A stretch of 64,000 bases of DNA, taken from assembly GCA_964355645.1 (NCBI GenBank), contig CAYHDI010000002.1, positions 92,522-156,521 of the forward strand. Reading direction: 5' to 3'. Positions 48,101 to 55,619 of the stretch are shown in pieces; the first letter of the stretch is position 1, and each line of letters opens with the position of its first letter. Under the pieces are notes generated by a model. The model did not search any database, was not told where the DNA came from, and worked only from the letters and a program-made list of their open reading frames with translations. Made by a program: the position numbers and the translations under genes. The DNA is from an uncultured Candidatus Saccharibacteria bacterium. Its GTDB lineage: Bacteria; Patescibacteriota; Minisyncoccia; Phycocordibacterales; Zambryskibacteraceae.

Positions 48101-48623
48101 TGTTTTTAAATTTCTTTATAGCCACCCAAATGAGAATGATGAGGGCTATGAGAAGAATGAGAACTTTAATCAGATTATCAGCCGAAGACCAATATCTCAT
48201 TGAAGCGATGATGAATGAGAATACTCCAGCAAGCGACAAGGATTGCCCGAGCACGAGATTCGACTTCAGATAATTGCCGAGCAGGACACAAAGCGCACCG
48301 AGGATGACAAGGGTGATGAAAACATTTCTATCATAAACTTTCTGAGCTGAATCAAAGTTTTGTCTGCAAGTGAATTGCAAATCACAATAACCACTCGAAT
48401 CAAATTTCTGAGGAGCATAGGCTGTGTTTTCATTCCACTGGCCACCTTTAACTACGCAGGAATCTTTCGTATTCGCTTCTATGATTTGAGCGGTGTTCGG
48501 GCAGTAAACATTAAACTCCGGCTGTTTGTAAATAAGAGAGAGAGCATAATTGAAAAACATATTGAGCACTATCACGATGCCTATAATAAGTGACCAACGG
48601 AGAACTTTTGATTGTGTGTTCAT
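48093..48623 (-). CDS. hypothetical membrane protein with Cys-containing loop
   Basis: About 4 TM segments and four Cys in an extracellular loop. Confidence 0.75.
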   Translation of the reverse strand: MNTQSKVLRWSLIIGIVIVLNMFFNYALSLIYKQPEFNVYCPNTAQIIEANTKDSCVVKGGQWNENTAYAPQKFDSSGYCDLQFTCRQNFDSAQKVYDRNVFITLVILGALCVLLGNYLKSNLVLGQSLSLAGVFSFIIASMRYWSSADNLIKVLILLIALIILIWVAIKKFKNNV

Positions 48624-48718
48624 ATGTTTATTATATGAAAAAAATGGCTGATTGACAATTATATGATTCAGGAGTAAAAATTTTGTAGATTTCGGCCAAA
48701 CCCAAACCAGGAGCAGAG

Positions 48719-48919
48719 ATGGAACGGGTTAAACAACAAGCCTTTTGTACTCAGTGCAGAACAATTACACTTCACACCCACATGCACGATACTGCTCATG
48801 GAATCGAAGGAACACACATGGAAGGCTCAGAGCGCTATGTGTGCAACAGCTGTGGGGCATTCATTTCCAAGAATGAAGCGACGGAACGCAAACTCAATCT
48901 TATTTTTGTTTGTGATTAG
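48719..48919 (+). CDS. small zinc-ribbon-like protein
   Basis: CTQC...CNSC; AGGAG SD; TTGACA at 48652; terminator 48931-48948. Confidence 0.65.
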   Translation: MERVKQQAFCTQCRTITLHTHMHDTAHGIEGTHMEGSERYVCNSCGAFISKNEATERKLNLIFVCD

Positions 48920-48955
48920 AATTTCAACATCCACCCCTTCTCGGGTGGCTTTTCA

Positions 48956-49774
48956 TTAAATCAAAAACTCAATCACATCTCCATCTTGGACGATATATTC
49001 TTTGCCTTCGGTGCGAACCCAACCTTTTTCTCGAGCCTTGGCAAACGAACCGGCTTCAAGAAGCTTGTCGTAGTGCACCACTTCGGCGCGGATAAATTTA
49101 TCTTTGAAATCATTGTGGATGGCTCTCCCCGCTTCGGGCGCAGTCGAACCGCGCTTCGTTGTCCAAGCCCTTGATTCGTCCTCACCGGTAGTGAAAAAAG
49201 TTATAAGATTCAACAAATCGTATCCGGCTTTAATTAAATTATCTAAACCTGTGCCGAAAATTGGATCAATCTCAATATACGGGCCAGGGAGCTTAGAAAT
49301 GAAATCCCCTTTCACCCTCTCGCTCGCTTCTGAGGTATTCAAAACATACAAGGTCGGTTTGTTTATGCCCGCAGCTTCAAGTTCAAGATTAATAATTCCA
49401 ATATCAAAAAGTGGATCAACTTTCTCATGAACATGAATAATGCCCGGATCTTCGAAAATCCTGACCACCTCAATAATGGCATCCACTTCTCTAATGTGCG
49501 AAAGAAACTTGTTGCCGAGACCTTCACCCTCGCTCGCGCCTTTCACTAATCCAGCGATATCTACGAATTCTACTACCGCAGGAATTGTCTTCTTCGATTT
49601 ACTCATCTCTGATAATTTTTCCAAACGCTCATCAGGCACTGGCACAATACCCACGGATGGGTCAATCGTACAAAACGGATAATTCTCCGCCGGCACAGAC
49701 TTTTTGGTCAAAGCATTAAAAAGCGTTGATTTCCCTACGTTCGGCAAACCTACAATTCCTATAGATAATGACAT
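48956..49774 (-). CDS. ychF: YchF/Obg-family ATPase (shortened)
   Basis: GLPNVGKST, NYPFCTI, DIAGLV.GAS.GEGLGN.FL, TGS domain EGKEY.V.DGD. Confidence 0.95.
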   Translation of the reverse strand: MSLSIGIVGLPNVGKSTLFNALTKKSVPAENYPFCTIDPSVGIVPVPDERLEKLSEMSKSKKTIPAVVEFVDIAGLVKGASEGEGLGNKFLSHIREVDAIIEVVRIFEDPGIIHVHEKVDPLFDIGIINLELEAAGINKPTLYVLNTSEASERVKGDFISKLPGPYIEIDPIFGTGLDNLIKAGYDLLNLITFFTTGEDESRAWTTKRGSTAPEAGRAIHNDFKDKFIRAEVVHYDKLLEAGSFAKAREKGWVRTEGKEYIVQDGDVIEFLI

Positions 49775-49817
49775 ACACAGATAATAGCTCGAAACATGGA
49801 ATTCCGCACTTTTTTAT

Positions 49818-49862
49818 AAAAAAATTACGCGAAAGCCCTTTCTCATAACAAGGGCTGCGCGT
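49818..49862 (-). terminator. intrinsic terminator after the ncRNA candidate
   Basis: ACGCG..AGCCCTT/AAGGGCT..CGCGT stem followed by T tract on the minus strand. Confidence 0.65.
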
Positions 49863-49876
49863 TTCCCCCTCCGAAG

Positions 49877-50010
49877 AACGCCCGTCTGACGAGGTAAATG
49901 AGCTGTGTACTTTGTAAGTTTCGGTACCCGCAAGTGTTGCCCAAAGGCAGCAACTTTAAATTGGGTCCACTTATTTTTATATTTGACAGCCTCCTCTTTT
50001 CAAACGAGTT
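49877..50010 (-). ncRNA. rod-shaped RNA with central bubble, 6S-like candidate
   Basis: Manual fold: CUCGUUUGA/UCAGACGGG, GAGG/CCUC, GGCUGU/ACAGCU, A-rich bubble, UAAGU/ACUUA, ACCC/GGGU, GUUGCU/GGCAAC. Confidence 0.5.
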
Positions 50011-50122
50011 GTATTAATAATCCTAGACCTTTAATCGAAAGTCAATAGTTTTCGTCGGATAAACCTGTTAGTAACAAGTGGAAAAACCCAAAGAGTTGGG
50101 GACAAGATGATTTTCTATCTAA

Positions 50123-51073
50123 TTATTTTGTTGTATCAAACACTTCTCCGTGAAAACCGATGAAAGAAGTATTCGTGGCTGTTTTGCTTTTGGCCTTATA
50201 ATTGTTCACCGAATACACGCCGATGATTAAAACCAGGACAATCAAACCGTTGGTAATGAGAATCGGATGCTTTTTGTCCATTCTAATAAACAATTTGAAG
50301 AACAGGGCGAGCGCCACTAATATTCCGAGAATAATAAAAACGATGTTGGCGATGTGTCTCGGAGAAGTTAGATATTTTTCAAAAATAGTCGTACTTGGCC
50401 CTGCCACAGTGGTCACTTCCGTAGAAGCACCCAAAACTTTCGAGGTAGAGGCTGTTGGAATATTTGTCACCACTTTTGTTGCCCCATTCACTATGACAAA
50501 GTTTTTTGGTCGACCATAAACTTGAGCTACAAAAACCGTTGGCCTGCCTTCGAATGTGCCCGAGGCAATTCCTGTGCCCATTTCGGTGTAAGCGTTCTTC
50601 ACAATATTGGCTCTGTGTGTAGGAGAATTCATCCATGCGGTTGTCACATCTTGAGAATCGGTGAAATCAACAGCGAGATTTTCTCCGGCGTAATCATATT
50701 TGTATCCAACGAGGTTGAACCAGTACCAAGGAGTCTTCCCATCCGGACTAATATGAGCAAAATAGCTTTTGTCCGCCATATCCTTGGCTTTCAATTCGGC
50801 CACTTTGTTTAGAAGAGGGCTGATAGAAAGGACGGTTAAATGTTGACTTTGTCTTTTTTGATTTGAAAGATTATCTAGAACGGCCGGTAGGACCGCTGCA
50901 ATAAAGTTGTTGTTGGCTGGGTTTAGGACGGAAACATAAGGCAAAGTGAAAACACCCAACTCAATTAGAAAGACAATCAATACTACGAAGCGAATATTTT
51001 TGCCACGAAGAAAATGAGGCTGATGGTCATTGCTTTCGTGGGGAATAAAGTGCTTTTTAAACCATTTAATCAT
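50123..51073 (-). CDS. CAP/SCP domain membrane protein
   Basis: KA.DM...YFAH.SPDG, AGENLA, WMNSPTHRANI. Confidence 0.92.
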   Translation of the reverse strand: MIKWFKKHFIPHESNDHQPHFLRGKNIRFVVLIVFLIELGVFTLPYVSVLNPANNNFIAAVLPAVLDNLSNQKRQSQHLTVLSISPLLNKVAELKAKDMADKSYFAHISPDGKTPWYWFNLVGYKYDYAGENLAVDFTDSQDVTTAWMNSPTHRANIVKNAYTEMGTGIASGTFEGRPTVFVAQVYGRPKNFVIVNGATKVVTNIPTASTSKVLGASTEVTTVAGPSTTIFEKYLTSPRHIANIVFIILGILVALALFFKLFIRMDKKHPILITNGLIVLVLIIGVYSVNNYKAKSKTATNTSFIGFHGEVFDTTK

Positions 51074-51143
51074 TAGTTTATTATACACAATAAAACCTTA
51101 TGTGTAAAGATCTCATTTTATTTGAGTTTTGAATGATGCAGAA

Positions 51144-51368
51144 TTACGCAAACGCTGGCAAATCAACAAGTTTCTTCCCTATTGTGATTTTGCCAAAATT
51201 TTTCTTGCCAATTTTTTCACTGACTCCTAATATTTCAAGATAAAGCGGATTGCCCTTTTTATCCAAATCTAAAAAAATCTCAGAGGAAACTTCCACAGTT
51301 TTGTTTACTGGGCCAGATTTTAATACTATATTTAGAGCATCGGCTTCTTTATCGTAGCTTATTTTCAT
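51144..51368 (-). CDS. DUF2283 family protein (putative antitoxin)
   Basis: MKISYD.EADAL.I, LDLD..G....LEIL. Confidence 0.85.
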   Translation of the reverse strand: MKISYDKEADALNIVLKSGPVNKTVEVSSEIFLDLDKKGNPLYLEILGVSEKIGKKNFGKITIGKKLVDLPAFA

Positions 51369-51377
51369 ATGATTATA

Positions 51378-51449
51378 TTATAGCTTATTTTTGATCTTGG
51401 CAACCCAATGCGCAGTTATAACCAAAACGCTTTCTTTTTCCTTTGCTCG
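51378..51449 (-). pseudogene. C-terminal remnant of a DUF4258/RelE-like gene
   Basis: Reads RAKEKESVLVITAHWVAKIKNKL*, has no in-frame ATG, and lies directly upstream of DUF2283. Confidence 0.5.
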
Positions 51450-51615
51450 AGTTTTATTATCGAATGTTTGGTAAATATTATTAACATATTTTTATTATAC
51501 AAAACAAAACTTCAAAAATACAGAATTAAATAACGTGAATTCGGGTTATTTTTTCCCTAAATTCACGTTATTTTGTCTTAACTCATACAAATCTATAAAA
51601 TATGCTAGTTTAACT

Positions 51616-51648
51616 AAAAAACCACCCGTGTCAAACGGGTGGTTTTTT
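51616..51648. terminator. bidirectional-type terminator
   Basis: AAAAAACCACCCGT/ACGGGTGGTTTTTT. Confidence 0.75.
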
Positions 51649-51774
51649 AACTTTAAACTTTCCGCTTTATAACTTTCGACTTTTTTATTGTTGAGCCTTT
51701 ATTTGATCTTGCAACATTTGAATCAACTGTTGCATGAGTATCGTGATTTGAGCTTTGCTGTGTATAATGAGATT

Positions 51775-52533
51775 ATGTCAGATAGGCTAAATCCTCGTTC
51801 ATTGTTTTTTGTATTCATTTTATTCACCTTTTTTGGATTTTTTAATTTTGTATCTGCTCAAACTTCTACCTCTGCAAACCCTCTCAATGCTGAACTCCTT
51901 TCAAATATTTGGTACTCGACAACATCCATAAATGAGAACGACCAAATAAACATTTATGCTGGATTCCAAAACCATTCAGACAAAAACCTCTCGGGCACCG
52001 CTGGATTTTATGTAGACAATTTAGAAATAAACAAAATTAAATTTTCTATTAGCCCAAAAAGTTTAATCAAATTGGATTCACCCTATGAAGCTTTGTCTGG
52101 GAATCATACAGTTCAAGTGAAAATACTTGATTTAAATGAAGTACAGGGAAATTCTACTCTCCCACTTTCGGTTAATGATCTTTTGGCCTTTGAAAGTGAG
52201 AAAAGCGGTTTGAATGTAAAATACAAAATAACCAAAGACATTATCCTCAACAAAGTTAATACCATCGCGAATACTATTGTGAATAGTATTGATAAATCAA
52301 CTGAAAATTTGGCCAACCTAGTTGAAGATAAGAAAAAACCGGAAACCCCCACTTCCAAAGTCCTCGGGGCAAGTACTGGTAGTCCTCAAATTACCAAAGA
52401 CAATAAAGCTGGCACAGGATTTTCTTTCTTGAATACATCCATAGATATTTTGGCCTTTCTTCTTCGCCACTGGATTTGGACTTTTGTATCTCTAATTTTT
52501 CTTATTCTTTTATTTATCTTTAAGAAGGGTTAG
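51775..52533 (+). CDS. secreted Ig/CARDB-like protein with C-terminal TM anchor
   Basis: Signal peptide, IWYS, FYVD, GNHTV.V; VLGAS motif; start after TATAAT. Confidence 0.7.
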   Translation: MSDRLNPRSLFFVFILFTFFGFFNFVSAQTSTSANPLNAELLSNIWYSTTSINENDQINIYAGFQNHSDKNLSGTAGFYVDNLEINKIKFSISPKSLIKLDSPYEALSGNHTVQVKILDLNEVQGNSTLPLSVNDLLAFESEKSGLNVKYKITKDIILNKVNTIANTIVNSIDKSTENLANLVEDKKKPETPTSKVLGASTGSPQITKDNKAGTGFSFLNTSIDILAFLLRHWIWTFVSLIFLILLFIFKKG

Positions 52534-52538
52534 AGGAT

Positions 52539-53138
52539 TTATTTTGCTTTTTGACCGAGATTATAAACTTTTCTTTTCATTCTCTCTCTCCGCCACATTC
52601 CGAAATGCTTGAGATATCCAAACTTGTGTACATAAATCGGAGAAAATCCCGAGAACCACAAAATGCCTTTCTTCAATTCATTCGTCGTATCACCGAAAAC
52701 AATTCTCTGAATCAACGGCATCGTATCCGAAGTGACAACCATGCTGGCCGACTTCCCTTTCATCAATTTTTTCCACATATATCCCCCTTCAATAAATTGA
52801 TAGGCAAACCCCGGCATCCACGTTCGATCAAAGAGACCTTTGAGAAGTGCAGGCATCGTTGACCACCAAGATGGATAAAAGATTACAAAGTGTTCGGCCC
52901 ACTTCACATTTTCTTGCAGAGCGAGGAGATCGGGTTCGAGTTCTTGTTTGACTTTGTAGCCGAGATGAAGTATCGGATCAAACTTCATATCTCCAATGTT
53001 CATTCGACGAGTTTCGTGACCCGCTTCATTCGCCCCCCGTTCATATTCGTCGGCCAAAGTACCATTCAAAGTATCTTTGTCCGGATGACCAAGCAAGATG
53101 AAAACCCTTTTCTTTTTGTTTTCGAATGGCCAACTCAT
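52539..53138 (-). CDS. NAD(P)H dehydrogenase (quinone), flavodoxin-like fold
   Basis: GHP, LEPDL, YP.WW..MPALLKG.FDR...PGFAY. Confidence 0.92.
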   Translation of the reverse strand: MSWPFENKKKRVFILLGHPDKDTLNGTLADEYERGANEAGHETRRMNIGDMKFDPILHLGYKVKQELEPDLLALQENVKWAEHFVIFYPSWWSTMPALLKGLFDRTWMPGFAYQFIEGGYMWKKLMKGKSASMVVTSDTMPLIQRIVFGDTTNELKKGILWFSGFSPIYVHKFGYLKHFGMWRRERMKRKVYNLGQKAK

Positions 53139-53365
53139 CGCATTAGTTTCTGAAATTCGGCCTGATGGTTGCGCATCACTTCCATGGTCGCGGACATTTC
53201 ATCTTTGCCTGATTTTTTCTTTGCTTCGACCTCCTTACCTATCTTTTCGAAGAAATCCGGGTTCTTTTCTATCATTTCCATGAACATTTTCTGCTGGGCC
53301 TCCGGCATGCCCTTCATCTTGGACTTAAGCATCTGCTTAAGCATAAAGTTTTTGAATATTCCCAT
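53135..53365 (-). CDS. small Met/Lys-rich conserved hypothetical protein
   Basis: Helical KNP.FFEKI..E motif; start uncertain. Confidence 0.75.
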   Translation of the reverse strand: MGIFKNFMLKQMLKSKMKGMPEAQQKMFMEMIEKNPDFFEKIGKEVEAKKKSGKDEMSATMEVMRNHQAEFQKLMR

Positions 53366-53438
53366 AGTGGACATTATATAGTACAATATAGGGGTAGAGC
53401 TAGTTATTAAGTAAATGGCATATTAAATAAATAAATTT

Positions 53439-53696
53439 ATGGTTAGAACAGCCAATCCGGCTTTGTTGAAGCCCTATAATCTCTCTTCAGAACTCGAAGC
53501 GGTTGTAGGCAAAGGACCTTTACCTAGAGGTCAGGTAGTGAAGAAGATGTGGGAATATATCAAGAAGAATGACCTTCAGAATCCAAAGAACAAGCGCAAC
53601 ATCCTCGCGGATGCCATGCTTAAACCTTTGTTCGGAGGCAAATCAGAAGTCACCATGTTTGAGATGACCAAACTCGTCTCGGCCCACATGAAGTAA
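53439..53696 (+). CDS. stand-alone SWIB/MDM2 domain protein
   Basis: S.EL..VVG...PR..VVKK.WEYIK.N.LQ.P.NKR.I.AD, MFEM.K. Confidence 0.93.
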   Translation: MVRTANPALLKPYNLSSELEAVVGKGPLPRGQVVKKMWEYIKKNDLQNPKNKRNILADAMLKPLFGGKSEVTMFEMTKLVSAHMK

Positions 53697-53716
53697 TCCG
53701 AAAGGAAACTTTGTGA

Positions 53717-53751
53717 ATTACAAAACCCCGGTTATGCCGGGGTTTTGTAAT
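53717..53751. terminator. bidirectional terminator between the SWIB gene and the tRNA pair
   Basis: 15-bp stem ATTACAAAACCCCGG/CCGGGGTTTTGTAAT. Confidence 0.8.
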
Positions 53752-53752
53752 G

Positions 53753-53823
53753 TGGACCTATCGAGAATCGGACTCGAGTTTCGTCATTGCGAACGACGCG
53801 TCGTACCACTAGACCATAGGCCC
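53753..53823 (-). tRNA. tRNA-Ala(CGC)
   Basis: GGGCCTA/TAGGTCC with G3:U70; CGTCG-TTCGCAA-TGACG. Confidence 0.9.
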
Positions 53824-53964
53824 TGGGTGGTCACGAATAAATTTGCTGACACAAATTTTTCTCGACCCCGGCTCGTGGTTTTTGCCTTTCGCTTACGCTC
53901 AAACAAAAACATCACTCCGCCCTGCACAAGGCACAATCTGCCTAAAGCAGAAATTGTGTCCTTG

Positions 53965-54036
53965 TGCACCCTGTAGGGATCGAACCTACGACCTTTCCGA
54001 TGTGAACGGAATGTTCTACCACTGAACTAAGGGTGC
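53965..54036 (-). tRNA. tRNA-Val(CAC)
   Basis: GCACCCT/AGGGTGC; TTCCG-TTCACAT-CGGAA; GTTCGAT. Confidence 0.95.
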
Positions 54037-54058
54037 GTATTAACCAAAGTCAACGCTC

Positions 54059-55309
54059 TCATTTGTTGTACCAAGGTGATAACGAGAAAAAGACATTGGC
54101 AATGTTCGAGTAGCCAGTCAATCTACTTATTGGAGACGGGGTTGGTGGAGGAGTAAACGTGCCTGGAATTGTTTGAGGAGCAGTCCCTGGTTGAATGGTT
54201 TGAATTGGGTTAGGAGATAAAGGAGGAGTTGGACCATCGGGAGACATTGGTTGAATGATACCTTGTGGCATAATATTTTTTTGAGGCGACCTAAAGTTTT
54301 TGCATATTTCCGGATTGTTCTCACAAAAAACTTTACATTCCTCTTGAGTTTTGCAACCGCCAGGTCCAGCTTGTTCAGATCTCATTTGTTCACCAGGATT
54401 ATTTTCCCCACGATTTTGTCTAAATTTATTTCCTTCTTCAATTTGTTTTAGTTGTTCTGGCGGGATAAGCCCATTGTCCTTACCAAAATTAAAACAGATT
54501 TCCTGGTTCTCTGATTTATTACAAAAGGCATCACATTCTTCTTTCCCCTTGCACCCCCCAGGACCCTTGCCCCCGGTTTTTTTCATCATTTCTGCATCTT
54601 TCTCTGTCATAAATCCCGCAGCCTCAGCAAATTTGATACAAGCCTCAACATTTTCTGGTTGTGAACAATAAGCATCACAAGCTTCTTTGCCTTTACATGG
54701 CAAAGGAATTGCGCCTTTGTCTATTGCGGTCATCATTTTCTTCGCATCCTCTAAATCCTTACCCTTTATAAAACCAGCCTCCTCACCAAAAGCAATACAA
54801 ACTTTCATGTTGTTTGGATTTTCACAATACGCATCACAGGCTTTCTTGCTACCACATGGTGGGGGTTTAATTCCCCTGGCAATAGCCGATTGTACCAGTT
54901 TTGCCTCTGCCAAATCCTTTGGGGAAAGAATGCCAGATTTTTCTGCGAAAGTTACGCATTCATTTATGTGACTAACGTCGTCGCAATATGATTCGCATGA
55001 TTCTTTAGTAGTACATCCTCCAGGGCCCTTGGTCGCTGCATTGAGAAATTTATTGGCGGTATCAATCTGTTCCTTTGACATAAGATTGTTTTTCTCGGCA
55101 AAGGCCATACAAGATGATACGTTGTCTGGCTTGTCACAATACGCTTTACACGAATTTTTATCACTACAGTTTCCTAATTCAACAATAGGATATTGGATGT
55201 TATCTCCCTTTGTATCAACTACCGTATCTGCAAACACGGTTCCAAAGACGAATATGCTCATCAAGATTCCAAAACTAACGATGTAGAAAGAAGGTTGTTT
55301 GGTGTTCAT
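54059..55309 (-). CDS. secreted Cys-rich repeat protein (GPGGC-type repeats)
   Basis: N-terminal signal/TM, six C-x5-C-x3-C-x(6-8)-C units, Pro-rich tail. Confidence 0.85.
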   Translation of the reverse strand: MNTKQPSFYIVSFGILMSIFVFGTVFADTVVDTKGDNIQYPIVELGNCSDKNSCKAYCDKPDNVSSCMAFAEKNNLMSKEQIDTANKFLNAATKGPGGCTTKESCESYCDDVSHINECVTFAEKSGILSPKDLAEAKLVQSAIARGIKPPPCGSKKACDAYCENPNNMKVCIAFGEEAGFIKGKDLEDAKKMMTAIDKGAIPLPCKGKEACDAYCSQPENVEACIKFAEAAGFMTEKDAEMMKKTGGKGPGGCKGKEECDAFCNKSENQEICFNFGKDNGLIPPEQLKQIEEGNKFRQNRGENNPGEQMRSEQAGPGGCKTQEECKVFCENNPEICKNFRSPQKNIMPQGIIQPMSPDGPTPPLSPNPIQTIQPGTAPQTIPGTFTPPPTPSPISRLTGYSNIANVFFSLSPWYNK

Positions 55310-55311
55310 TT

Positions 55312-55548
55312 TTATTGGAATGGATTAGTTTTAATTGATCGAAGTGGATTTGAGGCGTTCACCGGATTAACATCCGGTTTATTCTCCAAAGGATTTGTGC
55401 TTCCACTCAAAGAAGGTAGGGGTATTTTGTTTACCACCTGATTTGTGCTTCCGCTAGTTTCGGATGGATTTTTTGGTCTCAAAAGAAAATATCCCACTAT
55501 TGCAATTATTACAATAAAAACAATAGTTAGTGTTGTTTTGCTATTCAT
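55312..55548 (-). CDS. small single-TM hypothetical protein
   Basis: N-terminal TM; repeated NP motifs ending TNPF. Confidence 0.75.
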   Translation of the reverse strand: MNSKTTLTIVFIVIIAIVGYFLLRPKNPSETSGSTNQVVNKIPLPSLSGSTNPLENKPDVNPVNASNPLRSIKTNPFQ

Positions 55549-55619
55549 GAATATATTTATAAGTTGCTAGTTTTTTCCTCTTTTTATTATAACAAGTCTT
55601 AGTCAGATGCGGGGAATTA

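Noticed and set aside
49815-49997. About 60-codon open stretch on the minus strand, or TGA recoding (code 25)
   Set aside because: No start codon near its 5' end, and TGA clearly ends other genes (for example at 12347 and cysS-overlapping corA); an RNA structure explains the region better.
53713-54025. Three ORF-track ORFs over the tRNA region
   Set aside because: They overlap two well-formed tRNAs and a terminator.
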